Positions 1 to 10,142 of a stretch of 64,000 nt of DNA are shown in pieces (positions within the stretch are counted from its first letter, which is position 1; each line of letters opens with the position of its first letter). Below the pieces are notes generated by a model that saw nothing but the letters and a program-made list of their open reading frames with translations, did no database searches and was not told the DNA's origin. Source of the stretch: an uncultured Ignavibacteria bacterium (GTDB lineage: Bacteria > Zixibacteria > MSB-5A5 > WJJR01); NCBI GenBank assembly GCA_964371625.1, contig CAYJMP010000002.1, forward strand, positions 197,034 through 261,033, read 5' to 3'. The position numbers were made by a program, and so were the translations under genes.

Positions 1-2
1 TG

Positions 3-1544
3 CGCGATCTGGCCGAAGGTGGATCGATCATTGTCAATTCTGACAACTTCGCCGCCGCGAATCTGAAGAAAGCCGGATATGCCGTCAATCCCCTCACCGA
101 TGGGTCGCTCGCGGCGTACCGGGTGGTGCAGATTCCGATCAACGAGCTGAATCTGAAAGCGTTGGAGTCCTCGCCACTGCCGAAAAAAGAACGCGACAAG
201 TGCCGAAACTTCTATGCGCTCGGAGCGATCTTCTGGCTCTACGACCGCCCATTGGAACCTACGCTCGATTGGATTGCCGACAAGTTTGCGAAGAACCAAG
301 CCGTCGTCGAAGCGAACCAGACCGCCTTGCGCTCAGGATATTTCTACGCCGACACGACCGAGGTCTTCACGCAGAGCTTTACGGTCCGCAAGGCCGCGCT
401 CCCGCCCGGCGAATACCGCAACATTACCGGGACTGAGGCCATGGTGCTCGGACTGGTCGCCGGCGCGCATCAATCGCAAACTACACTCTTCTACGGCAGT
501 TACCCGATCACCCCGGCTTCAGACATGCTGCACGAGCTGGCACGTCACAAGAATTTTGGAGTGGTGACATTCCAAGCCGAAGACGAGATCGCCGCGGTCG
601 CGTCCGCGATCGGCGCCTCCTACGCTGGCAACATCGGCGTGACCGGTACCTCAGGACCGGGCGTCGCTCTGAAAGGCGAAGCCATCGGCCTGGCAGTAAT
701 GGCGGAATTGCCGCTCATCGTTATCAACGTCCAACGCGCCGGCCCGTCGACCGGCATGCCGACCAAAGCCGAACAGTCCGACCTCTTGCAGGCGGTCGTC
801 GGACGAAATTCCGAGTGCCCGCTGGCGGTTCTCGCTCCCGCCACTCCGGCCGACTGCTTTAACACCGCGATCGAGGCGATCCATATCGCCACAAAATACA
901 TGACGCCGGTTTTCATTCTCTCGGATGGCTTCTTGGCGAACTCCTCAGAGCCGTGGCTCTTGCCTGATGTTTCGAAGCTGACAAGAATCCCGATCAGTCA
1001 TGACGCCGATCCTGCCAACTTCCATCCGTACAGCCGCGACCCCAAATCGCTGGCGCGTCCCTGGGTCCTTCCCGGCACGCCCGGCTTTGAACATCGAGTC
1101 GGCGGACTGGAAAAGGAGGAAGTGACCGGCAATGTCAGCTATGACCCCATCAATCACGAAAAGATGACGCTCCTGCGCGCCGAAAAGGTACGCCGCATCA
1201 CCCAAGATATTCCGCCCACGCAAATCGTCGGCGAACCATCCGGGCAACTTCTTGTGGTGGGATGGGGATCAACCTATGGCGCCATCCTCTCGGCCGTCGA
1301 GAATGTGCGCGCCAAAGACAAGAAGGTCTCGTTCGTTCACCTGCGTCACCTCTGGCCGTTCCCGGGCGATCTCGGCGAGATCCTCAAACGGTTCGAAACA
1401 GTGCTTGTCCCCGAGATGAATCTCGGCCAATTGAAGCTACTGTTGCGCGGCGAATACGGTTTACCCGTGATCGGACTCTCGAAGGTGCAGGGACGTCCCT
1501 TCAAAATCACCGAAATCGAACGCAAGATTGAGGAGTTGATATAA
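3..1544 (+). CDS. korA: 2-oxoacid:ferredoxin oxidoreductase alpha subunit (KorA-like); 5' end lies outside the window
   Basis: Frame is open from window start (translation RDLAEGGSIIVNSDNF... continues into ORF 123..1544); alpha-subunit-like sequence; immediately followed by TPP-binding beta subunit. Confidence 0.8.
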   Translation, partial: RDLAEGGSIIVNSDNFAAANLKKAGYAVNPLTDGSLAAYRVVQIPINELNLKALESSPLPKKERDKCRNFYALGAIFWLYDRPLEPTLDWIADKFAKNQAVVEANQTALRSGYFYADTTEVFTQSFTVRKAALPPGEYRNITGTEAMVLGLVAGAHQSQTTLFYGSYPITPASDMLHELARHKNFGVVTFQAEDEIAAVASAIGASYAGNIGVTGTSGPGVALKGEAIGLAVMAELPLIVINVQRAGPSTGMPTKAEQSDLLQAVVGRNSECPLAVLAPATPADCFNTAIEAIHIATKYMTPVFILSDGFLANSSEPWLLPDVSKLTRIPISHDADPANFHPYSRDPKSLARPWVLPGTPGFEHRVGGLEKEEVTGNVSYDPINHEKMTLLRAEKVRRITQDIPPTQIVGEPSGQLLVVGWGSTYGAILSAVENVRAKDKKVSFVHLRHLWPFPGDLGEILKRFETVLVPEMNLGQLKLLLRGEYGLPVIGLSKVQGRPFKITEIERKIEELI

Positions 1545-1546
1545 TC

Positions 1547-2581
1547 ATGTCGACCATGACTGCACCGGAACCGCAGACTCCCAAACTTACCCGCAAGGAT
1601 TTTGAGTCTGATCAGGATGTGCGTTGGTGTCCCGGTTGCGGGGACTATAGCATCCTCGCGCAGATGCAGCGTGTCTGCGCCGAACTGGGAGTGCCGCGCG
1701 AGAAGATGGTCTTCGTCTCGGGCATTGGCTGCTCGTCGCGATTCCCTTACTACATGAACACCTACGGATTCCACACCATCCACGGACGCGCTCCCGCGAT
1801 CGCCACGGGCATCAAGTGCGCCAATCCCGATTTGCAGGTGTGGGTGATGACCGGCGATGGCGACGGCTTGTCCATCGGCGGCAATCATATGTTGCACACC
1901 TTGCGCCGCAATCTCGACCTCAAGATCGTGCTCTTCAATAACCGCATCTACGGTCTGACCAAAGGGCAGACGTCTCCGACTTCGGAGATGGGGAAGATTA
2001 CCAAGTCGACCCCGATTGGCTCGATCGAGCATCCGATCCAGCCGGTCGCCTTTGCGCTCGCCGCCGAAGCGACTTTTGTCGCCCGCACGATTGACGGCGA
2101 ACCGCAACACATGCAGCAGATCCTGAAACGCGCCGCCATGCACAAGGGTGTCGCTTTCGTCGAGGTCTTCCAGAACTGCAACATCTTCAATGATGGCGCC
2201 TGGGATTACCTGACCGCCAAGGGCATTCGCGATGACCGCGTGATCGAGCTTAAGCATGGCGCGCCGATGCGCTTCGGCAAGACGCTCGAAAAGGGCCTGC
2301 GTTTGAATGGCTTCCGGCTCGAGGTCGTGGAATTGGGTGGCGGAATTACCGAGAACGACCTGCTCGTCCACAATGAAAAGGATGAGGACTCGTCACTCGC
2401 TTTCCTGCTCTCTCGCGAAAACGAGCGACTCCCGATACCGATCGGCGTCTTTCGCAGTGTCGAACATCCAACCTACGACGGCCTGCTCAGGTCCCAGATC
2501 GACGACTACACCGCCAAACGCGGCAAAGGCGACCTGAAAAAGTTGATCTACTCCGGCCAGCGCTGGACCGTCGGCGCATAG
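1547..2581 (+). CDS. korB: 2-oxoacid:ferredoxin oxidoreductase beta subunit (TPP-binding, KorB-like)
   Basis: CPGCGDY Cys motif and GDGD TPP-binding region; starts 3 nt after korA stop. Confidence 0.85.
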   Translation: MSTMTAPEPQTPKLTRKDFESDQDVRWCPGCGDYSILAQMQRVCAELGVPREKMVFVSGIGCSSRFPYYMNTYGFHTIHGRAPAIATGIKCANPDLQVWVMTGDGDGLSIGGNHMLHTLRRNLDLKIVLFNNRIYGLTKGQTSPTSEMGKITKSTPIGSIEHPIQPVAFALAAEATFVARTIDGEPQHMQQILKRAAMHKGVAFVEVFQNCNIFNDGAWDYLTAKGIRDDRVIELKHGAPMRFGKTLEKGLRLNGFRLEVVELGGGITENDLLVHNEKDEDSSLAFLLSRENERLPIPIGVFRSVEHPTYDGLLRSQIDDYTAKRGKGDLKKLIYSGQRWTVGA

Positions 2582-2606
2582 GCTACCACACGATTCTCAA
2601 CTATGA

Positions 2607-2640
2607 ACGCCGGGCGCTTGCGCCCGGCGTTTCTACGTTT
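2607..2640 (+). terminator. Rho-independent terminator-like hairpin after korB
   Basis: 10-bp perfect stem acgccgggcg/cgcccggcgt with loop cttg, followed by T-rich ttctacgttt. Confidence 0.5.
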
Positions 2641-3292
2641 GTGCGGAAAGAGTCGTCCGGTGATGGTCGATCCAATACCCCCACAGCGGGAATATCCATG
2701 CTGCCATCGCAAACCAGGCGAGCGACTTCTCGTCCGGCGGAGGTGGGCCGACAATGTTCATGATGTAGAAGAAGACCAGAGCTGTGACAAGCGACCAAAA
2801 TGACCACAGCCCGATTCGGTCATTAGCTCGCGTCATACGATGATAGAGGAGGACACCCACGACGAATACCAGCGATTCGATCGCGATTGCCAGAGGGATG
2901 GAATTCCACAATCCCAAGCCGACCTTGGGGCCATCGGGATAGATCGGCAGATCAGGACGGTGGCTAATCCAATCAAGCACCCAGTGGCTGACGACAACAC
3001 TGCCGATCACAACGCTCGATCGCACTGAAGGTGTCACGAGGAAATATGCTCCCCCAAGCAACATCCCCCAAGCGAGCACCATGACAAGGCTGTGCGTGAA
3101 TGGGTAATCGGTAAATTGCAGCGGCGTGAAGGCCGTGTCACCGGGCACGATTTGGACGTGCTCAATCCCGAACAGTAGAAGCACCGGCCAAACCAGGTCA
3201 ATCCACGATGTCGCCAGGATCAGAGTCCCCAGCGACACCTTGGGCGCGGCCTGCTTGGCCGCCAATGCCACTCCGAAGTGTCCAATGAACAT
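2633..3292 (-). CDS. Integral membrane protein, possibly YdjM-type membrane-bound metal-dependent hydrolase
   Basis: Multiple hydrophobic helices, conserved His residues (MFIGHFG, SHWVLDWISH); family assignment from memory only. Confidence 0.45.
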   Translation of the reverse strand: MFIGHFGVALAAKQAAPKVSLGTLILATSWIDLVWPVLLLFGIEHVQIVPGDTAFTPLQFTDYPFTHSLVMVLAWGMLLGGAYFLVTPSVRSSVVIGSVVVSHWVLDWISHRPDLPIYPDGPKVGLGLWNSIPLAIAIESLVFVVGVLLYHRMTRANDRIGLWSFWSLVTALVFFYIMNIVGPPPPDEKSLAWFAMAAWIFPLWGYWIDHHRTTLSAQT

Positions 3293-3333
3293 GACTATGT
3301 CCTACTGGTCGTATCGGCCCCGTCAGCCCCGTT

Positions 3334-4131
3334 CTAGAACCCTTGTACCTTCCCGGCCCGCTTGTAGAGATGCCAGACAATGTGCCAACCCAACGCGGTG
3401 ACAACCATGAATGCGATCCACCAAGTGTTCTGATCCAGCCCGAGATTGCCGCCGGAGAAAGTGGGTGTGTGGACGGTGATCATCGCCCAGAGCAGCGGCA
3501 GTGACAGGTAGGTGTTGTGGCGAGAACGTCCGGCGGCCAGGGCCGGCAATGCGGGATCGGGCGCCTGCCCATCCTTGATCGCCTTGATTATCTTCTGCTG
3601 TGCGGGCCAGATACGGTACCAGACATTGAACGCCATGATCGTGCCAAGCATCATGCCGATGTGAATATTGGCCGCGCGATAGGCGAACTTACCCCACATG
3701 ACCATGAGAATCAGCATCAGCCCGATGAGCACAAACCCGACAACACCAAATGCGCGCCCACTCTTCCCCAGACCACTCTTGGCCAGGGCATCATAGATGA
3801 ACGGCGACCCTAAGGCGGCGATTAGAATCAGAAGAATCGGCGCCAGCCCCCACGTTCCGGCGCCCGCCTCGAACATCTGCTTGCCGTGATAGAAGACCAA
3901 AAGCAGCAGAATCCATCCAAACGTAAACGTCCACATCGCCCCCCAGCGAAACCAGAACAGCGCCCGCGGCATGAGCTCGGGGACAACTTTCCGTTTCGTG
4001 TCGCCGTCCAGCGTCGCTGCAAACGGACCGTTCACGAAGTTGAAGAAATACAGATGCCCGATCCAGATAATGCCGAACAGGACATGCAACCAGCGAAACA
4101 GTGCCTCGAGTATTGGGCTGACTGTCTGCAC
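3334..4131 (-). CDS. Integral membrane protein of unknown function
   Basis: Six or more hydrophobic segments; N-terminal WLHVLFGIIWIGHLYFF motif; no confident family. Confidence 0.45.
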   Translation of the reverse strand: MQTVSPILEALFRWLHVLFGIIWIGHLYFFNFVNGPFAATLDGDTKRKVVPELMPRALFWFRWGAMWTFTFGWILLLLVFYHGKQMFEAGAGTWGLAPILLILIAALGSPFIYDALAKSGLGKSGRAFGVVGFVLIGLMLILMVMWGKFAYRAANIHIGMMLGTIMAFNVWYRIWPAQQKIIKAIKDGQAPDPALPALAAGRSRHNTYLSLPLLWAMITVHTPTFSGGNLGLDQNTWWIAFMVVTALGWHIVWHLYKRAGKVQGF

Positions 4132-4391
4132 CTTACCTCCTTGGTGTGCGAGTAGATTCCCGCGGGTCCGAGTCGATCAATCGGCGGTGAGCGCTTAAGA
4201 TGCGCCCCGCGAATGAGTTGGCAATACCTAATTTCCGCTCCTCCATGATGGACCTGATTTTCTTCCGGAATGCCAAACTTTCGCTTTCCCCTGCGTATGC
4301 TTTTGGGCGATACATCCGCCCCACCCGGTGGCACGAACCTTCAGGTCCGTGAGTCTGCCGGTCGCCGAAAACTTATGAGAGGATTCTGAAC

Positions 4392-5468
4392 GTGGCCAAT
4401 GAAGCCCAAATTCTGCAAGCCCTGAAATCCGTGATCGACCCTGACCTTCACCGGGACATTGTGACTCTCGGCTTCGTGAAAGACATCGCGGTCTGCGAAG
4501 ATATGGTCAAGGTGACGATCGAGCTGACCACCCCCGCGTGCCCGGTCAAAGACGATCTCAAGGCGCAGGCCGAGCGAGCCATTCGCGCATTGCCCGGCGT
4601 GAACGTCGTGAACATAAAAATGGATGCCCAAGTTCGCCCGAATTTGAGCGAGATGGGCCAGGCCCTGATCCCCGGCGTACGAAATGTTATCCCTGTCGGC
4701 TCGGGCAAAGGCGGTGTGGGAAAATCGACCGTCTCAGCCAATATCGCCGTCGCCCTGGCACAGACTGGCGCGCGCGTCGGGCTGATGGATGCCGACGTCT
4801 ATGGACCCAGTATCCCGACGATCCTGGGCATCACCGATCAGCCAGTGCCCGGCGAGCGCGGCATCATCCCGGTCAATGCTTATGGCGTCAAGGTCATCTC
4901 GATGGGGTTCTTCCTCAAACCCGACCAAGCTGTGGTCTGGCGTGGCCCGATGCTGACCAAGATGATCGAGCAGTTTCTTGGCGGTGTGGAATGGGGCGAT
5001 ATCGACTATCTGATTGTCGATCTGCCCCCGGGCACCGGCGATATCCAACTTTCACTTTGTCAGCGCATCCCGCTCACCGGCGCGGCGATTGTCTCGACGC
5101 CTCAGGACGTTGCCTTGAAAGTTGCTGAGAAGGCCGTAATTATGTTCAACCAACTGAAGACGCCAATCCTCGGTCTGATCGAGAACATGAGCTACTTCAC
5201 TTGCTCTCACTGTGGCGAACGCGAGCACATCTTCGACACCGGGGGTGCGCGACGCGCTGCCGAACGCCTTGGCGTCCCCTTCCTCGGTGAGATTCCGTTG
5301 GCGACACGTCTGCGCGAGACCTCTGATGCGGGAATCCCGATCGTCATCGCCGAGCCGGATTCGGAATCCGCGATGGCATTCCAGCAGATCGCACGCAACC
5401 TCGCCGCCCAAGTTAGCATCCGCAACTCTAAATCCGCGGAATCCGAACCGGTGAAGATCACATTCTGA
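4392..5468 (+). CDS. apbC: Mrp/ApbC Fe-S cluster carrier ATPase
   Basis: N-terminal DUF59-like region, Walker A GKGGVGKST, CxxC (CSHCGE) near C-terminus. Confidence 0.9.
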   Translation: MANEAQILQALKSVIDPDLHRDIVTLGFVKDIAVCEDMVKVTIELTTPACPVKDDLKAQAERAIRALPGVNVVNIKMDAQVRPNLSEMGQALIPGVRNVIPVGSGKGGVGKSTVSANIAVALAQTGARVGLMDADVYGPSIPTILGITDQPVPGERGIIPVNAYGVKVISMGFFLKPDQAVVWRGPMLTKMIEQFLGGVEWGDIDYLIVDLPPGTGDIQLSLCQRIPLTGAAIVSTPQDVALKVAEKAVIMFNQLKTPILGLIENMSYFTCSHCGEREHIFDTGGARRAAERLGVPFLGEIPLATRLRETSDAGIPIVIAEPDSESAMAFQQIARNLAAQVSIRNSKSAESEPVKITF

Positions 5469-5602
5469 AAGCACGGGTTAAAGACTGCGCTACGAGACAT
5501 CTCCATGCTGGCGTTCTTAAGTAGCACAGACTTTAGCCTGTGCCTGGTTCGTACAAGCCTTCCTGCCAATGTTCTCGTATCTTGAGAGTCTCAATCTAGG
5601 TT

Positions 5603-6607
5603 TTGCGTTCCACCACCATGCCAATGCACAGTCCTGAGACCATATCCTACACCGCCTCCGAAGCCGACGACGGTATTCGCATCGACCGTATCTTGGCCGA
5701 GCACTTCCCCGACTACTCCCGGTCGCAGATCCAGCGGGCGATTGAAGCTGACGCACTCCGAGTCAATGGCGCACCCGCCAAATCAAACTACCGCGTCACG
5801 ACTGATGACATCATTACCCTCGCGCTAGTCCGTCCTGAGCCAGAAGCCCAAGCCCCGACCGGTGAGGATATCGCGCTCGATGTCATCTTCGAAGACGAGC
5901 ATCTGCTGGTCATCAACAAGCCCGCAGGCATGGTCGTACACCCTGCGGTCGGACATCGCACCGGCACGCTGGTGAACGCGCTCCTCGGACGGGGGACTTT
6001 CGATGACGACGATCCCGAGTCGGCGACCAACCGTCCGGGCATCGTTCATCGTCTCGACAAAGGCACGTCCGGCCTCATGGTTGTCGCGCGGACCGAAATC
6101 GCTCATCGTCACTTGGCCAAGCAGTTGAAGGATCGGTCACTGTCACGCATCTATTGGGCCATTGTCTGGGGACACCTGAAGAAATCGCCAACCATCGTCG
6201 ATGCCCCGATCGGACGTTCACTGCGCGATCGCAAACGCATGGCGGTGAATGATTCAGGACGCGAGGCGAAGACCACGTTTCGCTCGATCGAGCGTTACGC
6301 CCTTGCCGATTGGGTCGAGGCCACCCTGAGCACTGGACGAACCCATCAAATTCGGGTCCACCTGTCTCACGCAGGGCACTCGGTGGTCGGCGACGAGGAA
6401 TACGGTGGCGGCGCTCCACGCATTGCCGGCATTGATCCGCGCTTCCGAGTCCTGGGACGCCGCATGCTCGCCTTGGTCGACCGCCCGGCCCTCCACGCGC
6501 AAAGCATCAAGTTCATTCATCCCACATCCGGCCAGGAATTGCTCTTCGACTCGCCGCCGCCGAGAGACTTTCAGGCTATACTCGATCTCTGCCGCTCTGA
6601 GAATTAA
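5603..6607 (+). CDS. rluD: RluA-family pseudouridine synthase (RluD-like); start codon uncertain
   Basis: S4-like N-terminus (RIDRILAEHF), catalytic HRLDKGTSGLMV motif. Confidence 0.8.
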   Translation: MRSTTMPMHSPETISYTASEADDGIRIDRILAEHFPDYSRSQIQRAIEADALRVNGAPAKSNYRVTTDDIITLALVRPEPEAQAPTGEDIALDVIFEDEHLLVINKPAGMVVHPAVGHRTGTLVNALLGRGTFDDDDPESATNRPGIVHRLDKGTSGLMVVARTEIAHRHLAKQLKDRSLSRIYWAIVWGHLKKSPTIVDAPIGRSLRDRKRMAVNDSGREAKTTFRSIERYALADWVEATLSTGRTHQIRVHLSHAGHSVVGDEEYGGGAPRIAGIDPRFRVLGRRMLALVDRPALHAQSIKFIHPTSGQELLFDSPPPRDFQAILDLCRSEN

Positions 6608-7069
6608 GCGTCGCTTCAAAATCCCGGACACGAAAGAAGCCTGATCGGACGAGTCGACTCATCCTCCCCTCTTCCGGGGTATTTCATCGAAGATGAATGG
6701 AGCGGCACGAGCGAATCCACAACCCGGACGAAATCTCTCTTGACCATCCCTGGGGTTCACGCGAGATTCCGCCTCATCGTCGGACCGGAGTGAGTCATCA
6801 TTCGCTTCATCGACTCGAATCCTGTCTGCAGCTCCACACAATGGCGAATGCAAAACTGAAGAGCCGATGAACCCGGGGACCCGCATTTGTGCGCCCTTCC
6901 CGCTTTGGAGAGCATTTAGATCTTCTATATCGCTGCGACGATAAGAGAACGACAAGACGAGAGTACGGGTGGAGGAGGTGGTGTTGGTGAATGTGTCGTG
7001 ATTGATCTCGACTTTCAATCAACGAATGAGTTCTCCCTCACAATCAAGCGATCTATCGAGGATTGAAAC

Positions 7070-9919
7070 ATGAAGCAACGCATTCTTCTCGTTATAGCCT
7101 GCGCCATCATGGTGCTGGGTCTGGCCGCCACGAGTTTCTCCGATCAAGTCATCCGCAAAGAGTTCGTACCGGTCGATGAGACGCCGCGCTGGGTTGAGGA
7201 CGAGTTCATTGTTGTCCTGAAGCCGGCATTTGTCTCCAGTTTCAATGTCCAGAGCGACAAGCGCGCCAACAGGGTTCAAGTCAGCGTCGCCTCTATCCAA
7301 CAACTGGTCAATGGCCACCAAGTCACGAGGATGCAGCGTCAGTTTGCCGCCGCCGCATCGCCGGAACTCGAAGCCTTTTACACAGTCAAGCTCGCCCCGG
7401 GACAGAGCCTCGACCTTGCCGCCGCGGCGTTTGCGTCCGACCCGGCGGTCGACCATGTCGAGAAGATCGGCATCCATCCTCTCTCGGCCAACTGCGCGAC
7501 CGGCACACCCCGCCCGGCAAATGACACCTATTACAACAACCCCCCGCCGACTTTTAACTGGCCGCTGTGGGGTCTGTGGGATACCAAAGGAATCGATGCC
7601 GAGATGGCATGGACAGTACAAGACGGAGATGCCACCGTCGTCGTCGTTGCCATGGACTCGGGTGTCAAGTACACGCACGGCGACCTGGGCGGCACCAATC
7701 CTCCCGGCCCGGCAGATAACTCCACCAATGGAAACGTCTGGGTGAACCCCTTCGAAATCCCCGCTAATGGCATCGACGACGAAGGAAACGGATTTATCGA
7801 CGACGTGGTCGGCTACGACTTCGTCACGGGAGTAACGGGCTGTGCGTCAGGCGAAGACTGCTCCACGGTCGACAACAACCCGATGGATTTCAACGGCCAC
7901 GGTACCCACACCGCCGGCACGATGGCCGCGATCACGAACAACGCGAAAGCTGTAGCCGGTGTTGCCGGCGGATTTGGCGATGGGACCACCGGCTCGGCCG
8001 GCAATGGCTGCAAGATCATGTGCATGCGTATCGGATGGTCCGACGCGGCCGGGAATGGCTACGTCCGCATGGATTTCGCCGCCCAGGCCATCAACTACGT
8101 CGTCGGCATGAAACAGCGCGGCGTCAATGTCGCCGCCATCAACTGTTCATGGGGCACGTCTAACTCCGGGGGTGTCGCCGCCGCCCTCGATGCAGCCATG
8201 AATAATGATATTCTCGTCTGCCATGCAGCCGGGAACTCCAACTCAAGCGTGGCCGACTACTTCGGCGGTCGTACCGAGATTCTCAATGTCGCCGCCACCG
8301 ATGAAGCGGGCTTGCGCGCCAGCTTCTCCAACTACGGCTCATGGGTGGACATTGCCGCACCGGGCGTTGCGATTATTAGCACCTATCAAGTCGGCACCGA
8401 CCCCGTTCCGGATTATGTCGCGGTGCTCGACGGCACCTCCATGGCGTCGCCCCATTGCGCCGGTGTCGCGGGACTTCTGGAATCGCAGAATTCTGCGCTG
8501 ACCCGCGCCAACAAATTCACCATCATGACGACCAACACCTGTGCCGCAGGCAGTGCGAACATCGGCGGAATTCTCAATGCCAAAAAAGCGCTCGACGCCG
8601 CTGGCGGTGGTGGACCTCAGCCTCCGGTCGCGGCGTTTGTTGGTTCACCCACATCCGGCTGCGTGCCTCTGACAGTGGCCTTCACCGATCAGTCGACCAA
8701 TACGCCGACAAGTTGGGCTTGGACCTTCGGCGATGGGGGCACCTCGACCGCACAGAACCCGTCCCACCAGTACAATGCCGCCGGATCTTACACTGTCACT
8801 CTGACCGCGACAAATGCGGCCGGCTCCGATGGGGAAACCAAGACCAACTACATCACCGTCGGCGCGGGCGCGCCGGTGGCCAACTTCAGCGGTGCGCCGA
8901 CCTCTGGAGCAGCGCCGTTGGCAGTCAACTTCACTGACTTGTCGACAAATGGCCCATCGTCCTGGTCCTGGACTTTTGGCGACGGTGGAACCTCGACCGC
9001 CCAGAACCCCTCCCACACGTATGCCGCCGAGGGAACCTACAACGTCTCGCTGACCGCGACCAATTCGTGCGGCAGCGATGGCGAGACCAAAGTCGGATAC
9101 ATCACGGTGAGCGCCGGCAGCGGTTGGACGGTCATAACCTCCGACAATTTTGAAACCGGCTTCGGAAGTTACACGGATGGCGGTACCGATTGCAGCCGCT
9201 ACACATCGACCACCCATGCGCACCAAGGGGCGGCGGCAATCGATATTCAGGACAACACGACGACTTCGCTATTTTCTCACACGGCGACGTACAACGTGAC
9301 CGGATACAACACGCTCGAGGTCTCGTTCTGGTTTAAGGCCGTGAGCATGGAAACTGGCGAGGATTTCTGGGTGCAGTACTTCAATGGGTCAACATGGCAG
9401 ACGGTGGCCGACTACAACAGTGGCACCGACTTTGCAAACAACACATTCTACAACAAAACGGTCACCATCTCCCGGAGCACGTACACCTTCCCAACCAACG
9501 CGAGAATCCGGTTCCGTTGCGACGCCAGCGACAACAACGACGATGTCTACATCGACGAAGTCGTGTTCCGCGGCACAACGGCGCTGCTCGCAGTGCCGGG
9601 CGAGGTGCCGACCGAAATCACTTCCGCCAATCCAGTGCCGCGTTCGTTCGGACTCGATCAGAACTATCCGAACCCGTTCAACGCCGGAACCAACATCTCC
9701 TTCTCGTTGCAACAGAGCGGCGATGTCAGCCTGGTCGTCTATGACATTCTCGGACGCACCGTTCGTCATCTCGCCGCCGGCTTCCATGCCGAAGGACAGC
9801 ACACCGTCGCCTTTGATGGCCGCGACGAAGATGGAGCGCCGCTCAGTTCGGGCGTCTATTTGTATCGCTTGATCGCACCCGGAGTCTCGCAGACGCGTAA
9901 GATGGTCCTGATGAAATAG
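7070..9919 (+). CDS. Secreted subtilisin-like S8 serine peptidase with two PKD-like domains and a T9SS C-terminal sorting domain
   Basis: Catalytic triad motifs AMDSGV / HGTHTAGT / GTSMASPH; two WxWTFGDGGTSTAQNPSH repeats; C-terminal NYPNPFN...KMVLMK sorting domain; GAGGA RBS upstream of ATG. Confidence 0.85.
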   Translation: MKQRILLVIACAIMVLGLAATSFSDQVIRKEFVPVDETPRWVEDEFIVVLKPAFVSSFNVQSDKRANRVQVSVASIQQLVNGHQVTRMQRQFAAAASPELEAFYTVKLAPGQSLDLAAAAFASDPAVDHVEKIGIHPLSANCATGTPRPANDTYYNNPPPTFNWPLWGLWDTKGIDAEMAWTVQDGDATVVVVAMDSGVKYTHGDLGGTNPPGPADNSTNGNVWVNPFEIPANGIDDEGNGFIDDVVGYDFVTGVTGCASGEDCSTVDNNPMDFNGHGTHTAGTMAAITNNAKAVAGVAGGFGDGTTGSAGNGCKIMCMRIGWSDAAGNGYVRMDFAAQAINYVVGMKQRGVNVAAINCSWGTSNSGGVAAALDAAMNNDILVCHAAGNSNSSVADYFGGRTEILNVAATDEAGLRASFSNYGSWVDIAAPGVAIISTYQVGTDPVPDYVAVLDGTSMASPHCAGVAGLLESQNSALTRANKFTIMTTNTCAAGSANIGGILNAKKALDAAGGGGPQPPVAAFVGSPTSGCVPLTVAFTDQSTNTPTSWAWTFGDGGTSTAQNPSHQYNAAGSYTVTLTATNAAGSDGETKTNYITVGAGAPVANFSGAPTSGAAPLAVNFTDLSTNGPSSWSWTFGDGGTSTAQNPSHTYAAEGTYNVSLTATNSCGSDGETKVGYITVSAGSGWTVITSDNFETGFGSYTDGGTDCSRYTSTTHAHQGAAAIDIQDNTTTSLFSHTATYNVTGYNTLEVSFWFKAVSMETGEDFWVQYFNGSTWQTVADYNSGTDFANNTFYNKTVTISRSTYTFPTNARIRFRCDASDNNDDVYIDEVVFRGTTALLAVPGEVPTEITSANPVPRSFGLDQNYPNPFNAGTNISFSLQQSGDVSLVVYDILGRTVRHLAAGFHAEGQHTVAFDGRDEDGAPLSSGVYLYRLIAPGVSQTRKMVLMK

Positions 9920-9943
9920 CTCGTTCTCCCTGAACGCACATCA

Positions 9944-9981
9944 ACACGCCCCCGGCGCTTCGCTGGGGGCGTGTTGCTTTT
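9944..9981 (+). terminator. Rho-independent terminator after protease gene
   Basis: Stem acacgccccc/gggggcgtgt followed by tgcttttc. Confidence 0.5.
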
Positions 9982-10142
9982 CGCGCGACGCGTAGGGGCG
10001 CATGGACATGCGCCCTACAGACGCCATCGCCATTCGGATTGAAGTGTAAACCGTACCACTACCCGCTGGCTTGGCCGCTTGTAGAATCCTCTCGAATTCC
10101 GTACCTTCTCCCAACGCGGACGCTCTCTGGCGTCCGCGTTTA

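Noticed and set aside
7230-9872. Multiple ORFs in alternative frames within the S8 protease gene (for example 7230..7745, 8455..8937, 9384..9872)
   Set aside because: Low-complexity Arg/Pro/Ser-rich translations typical of out-of-frame GC-rich coding sequence; the protease frame is supported by catalytic and PKD motifs.
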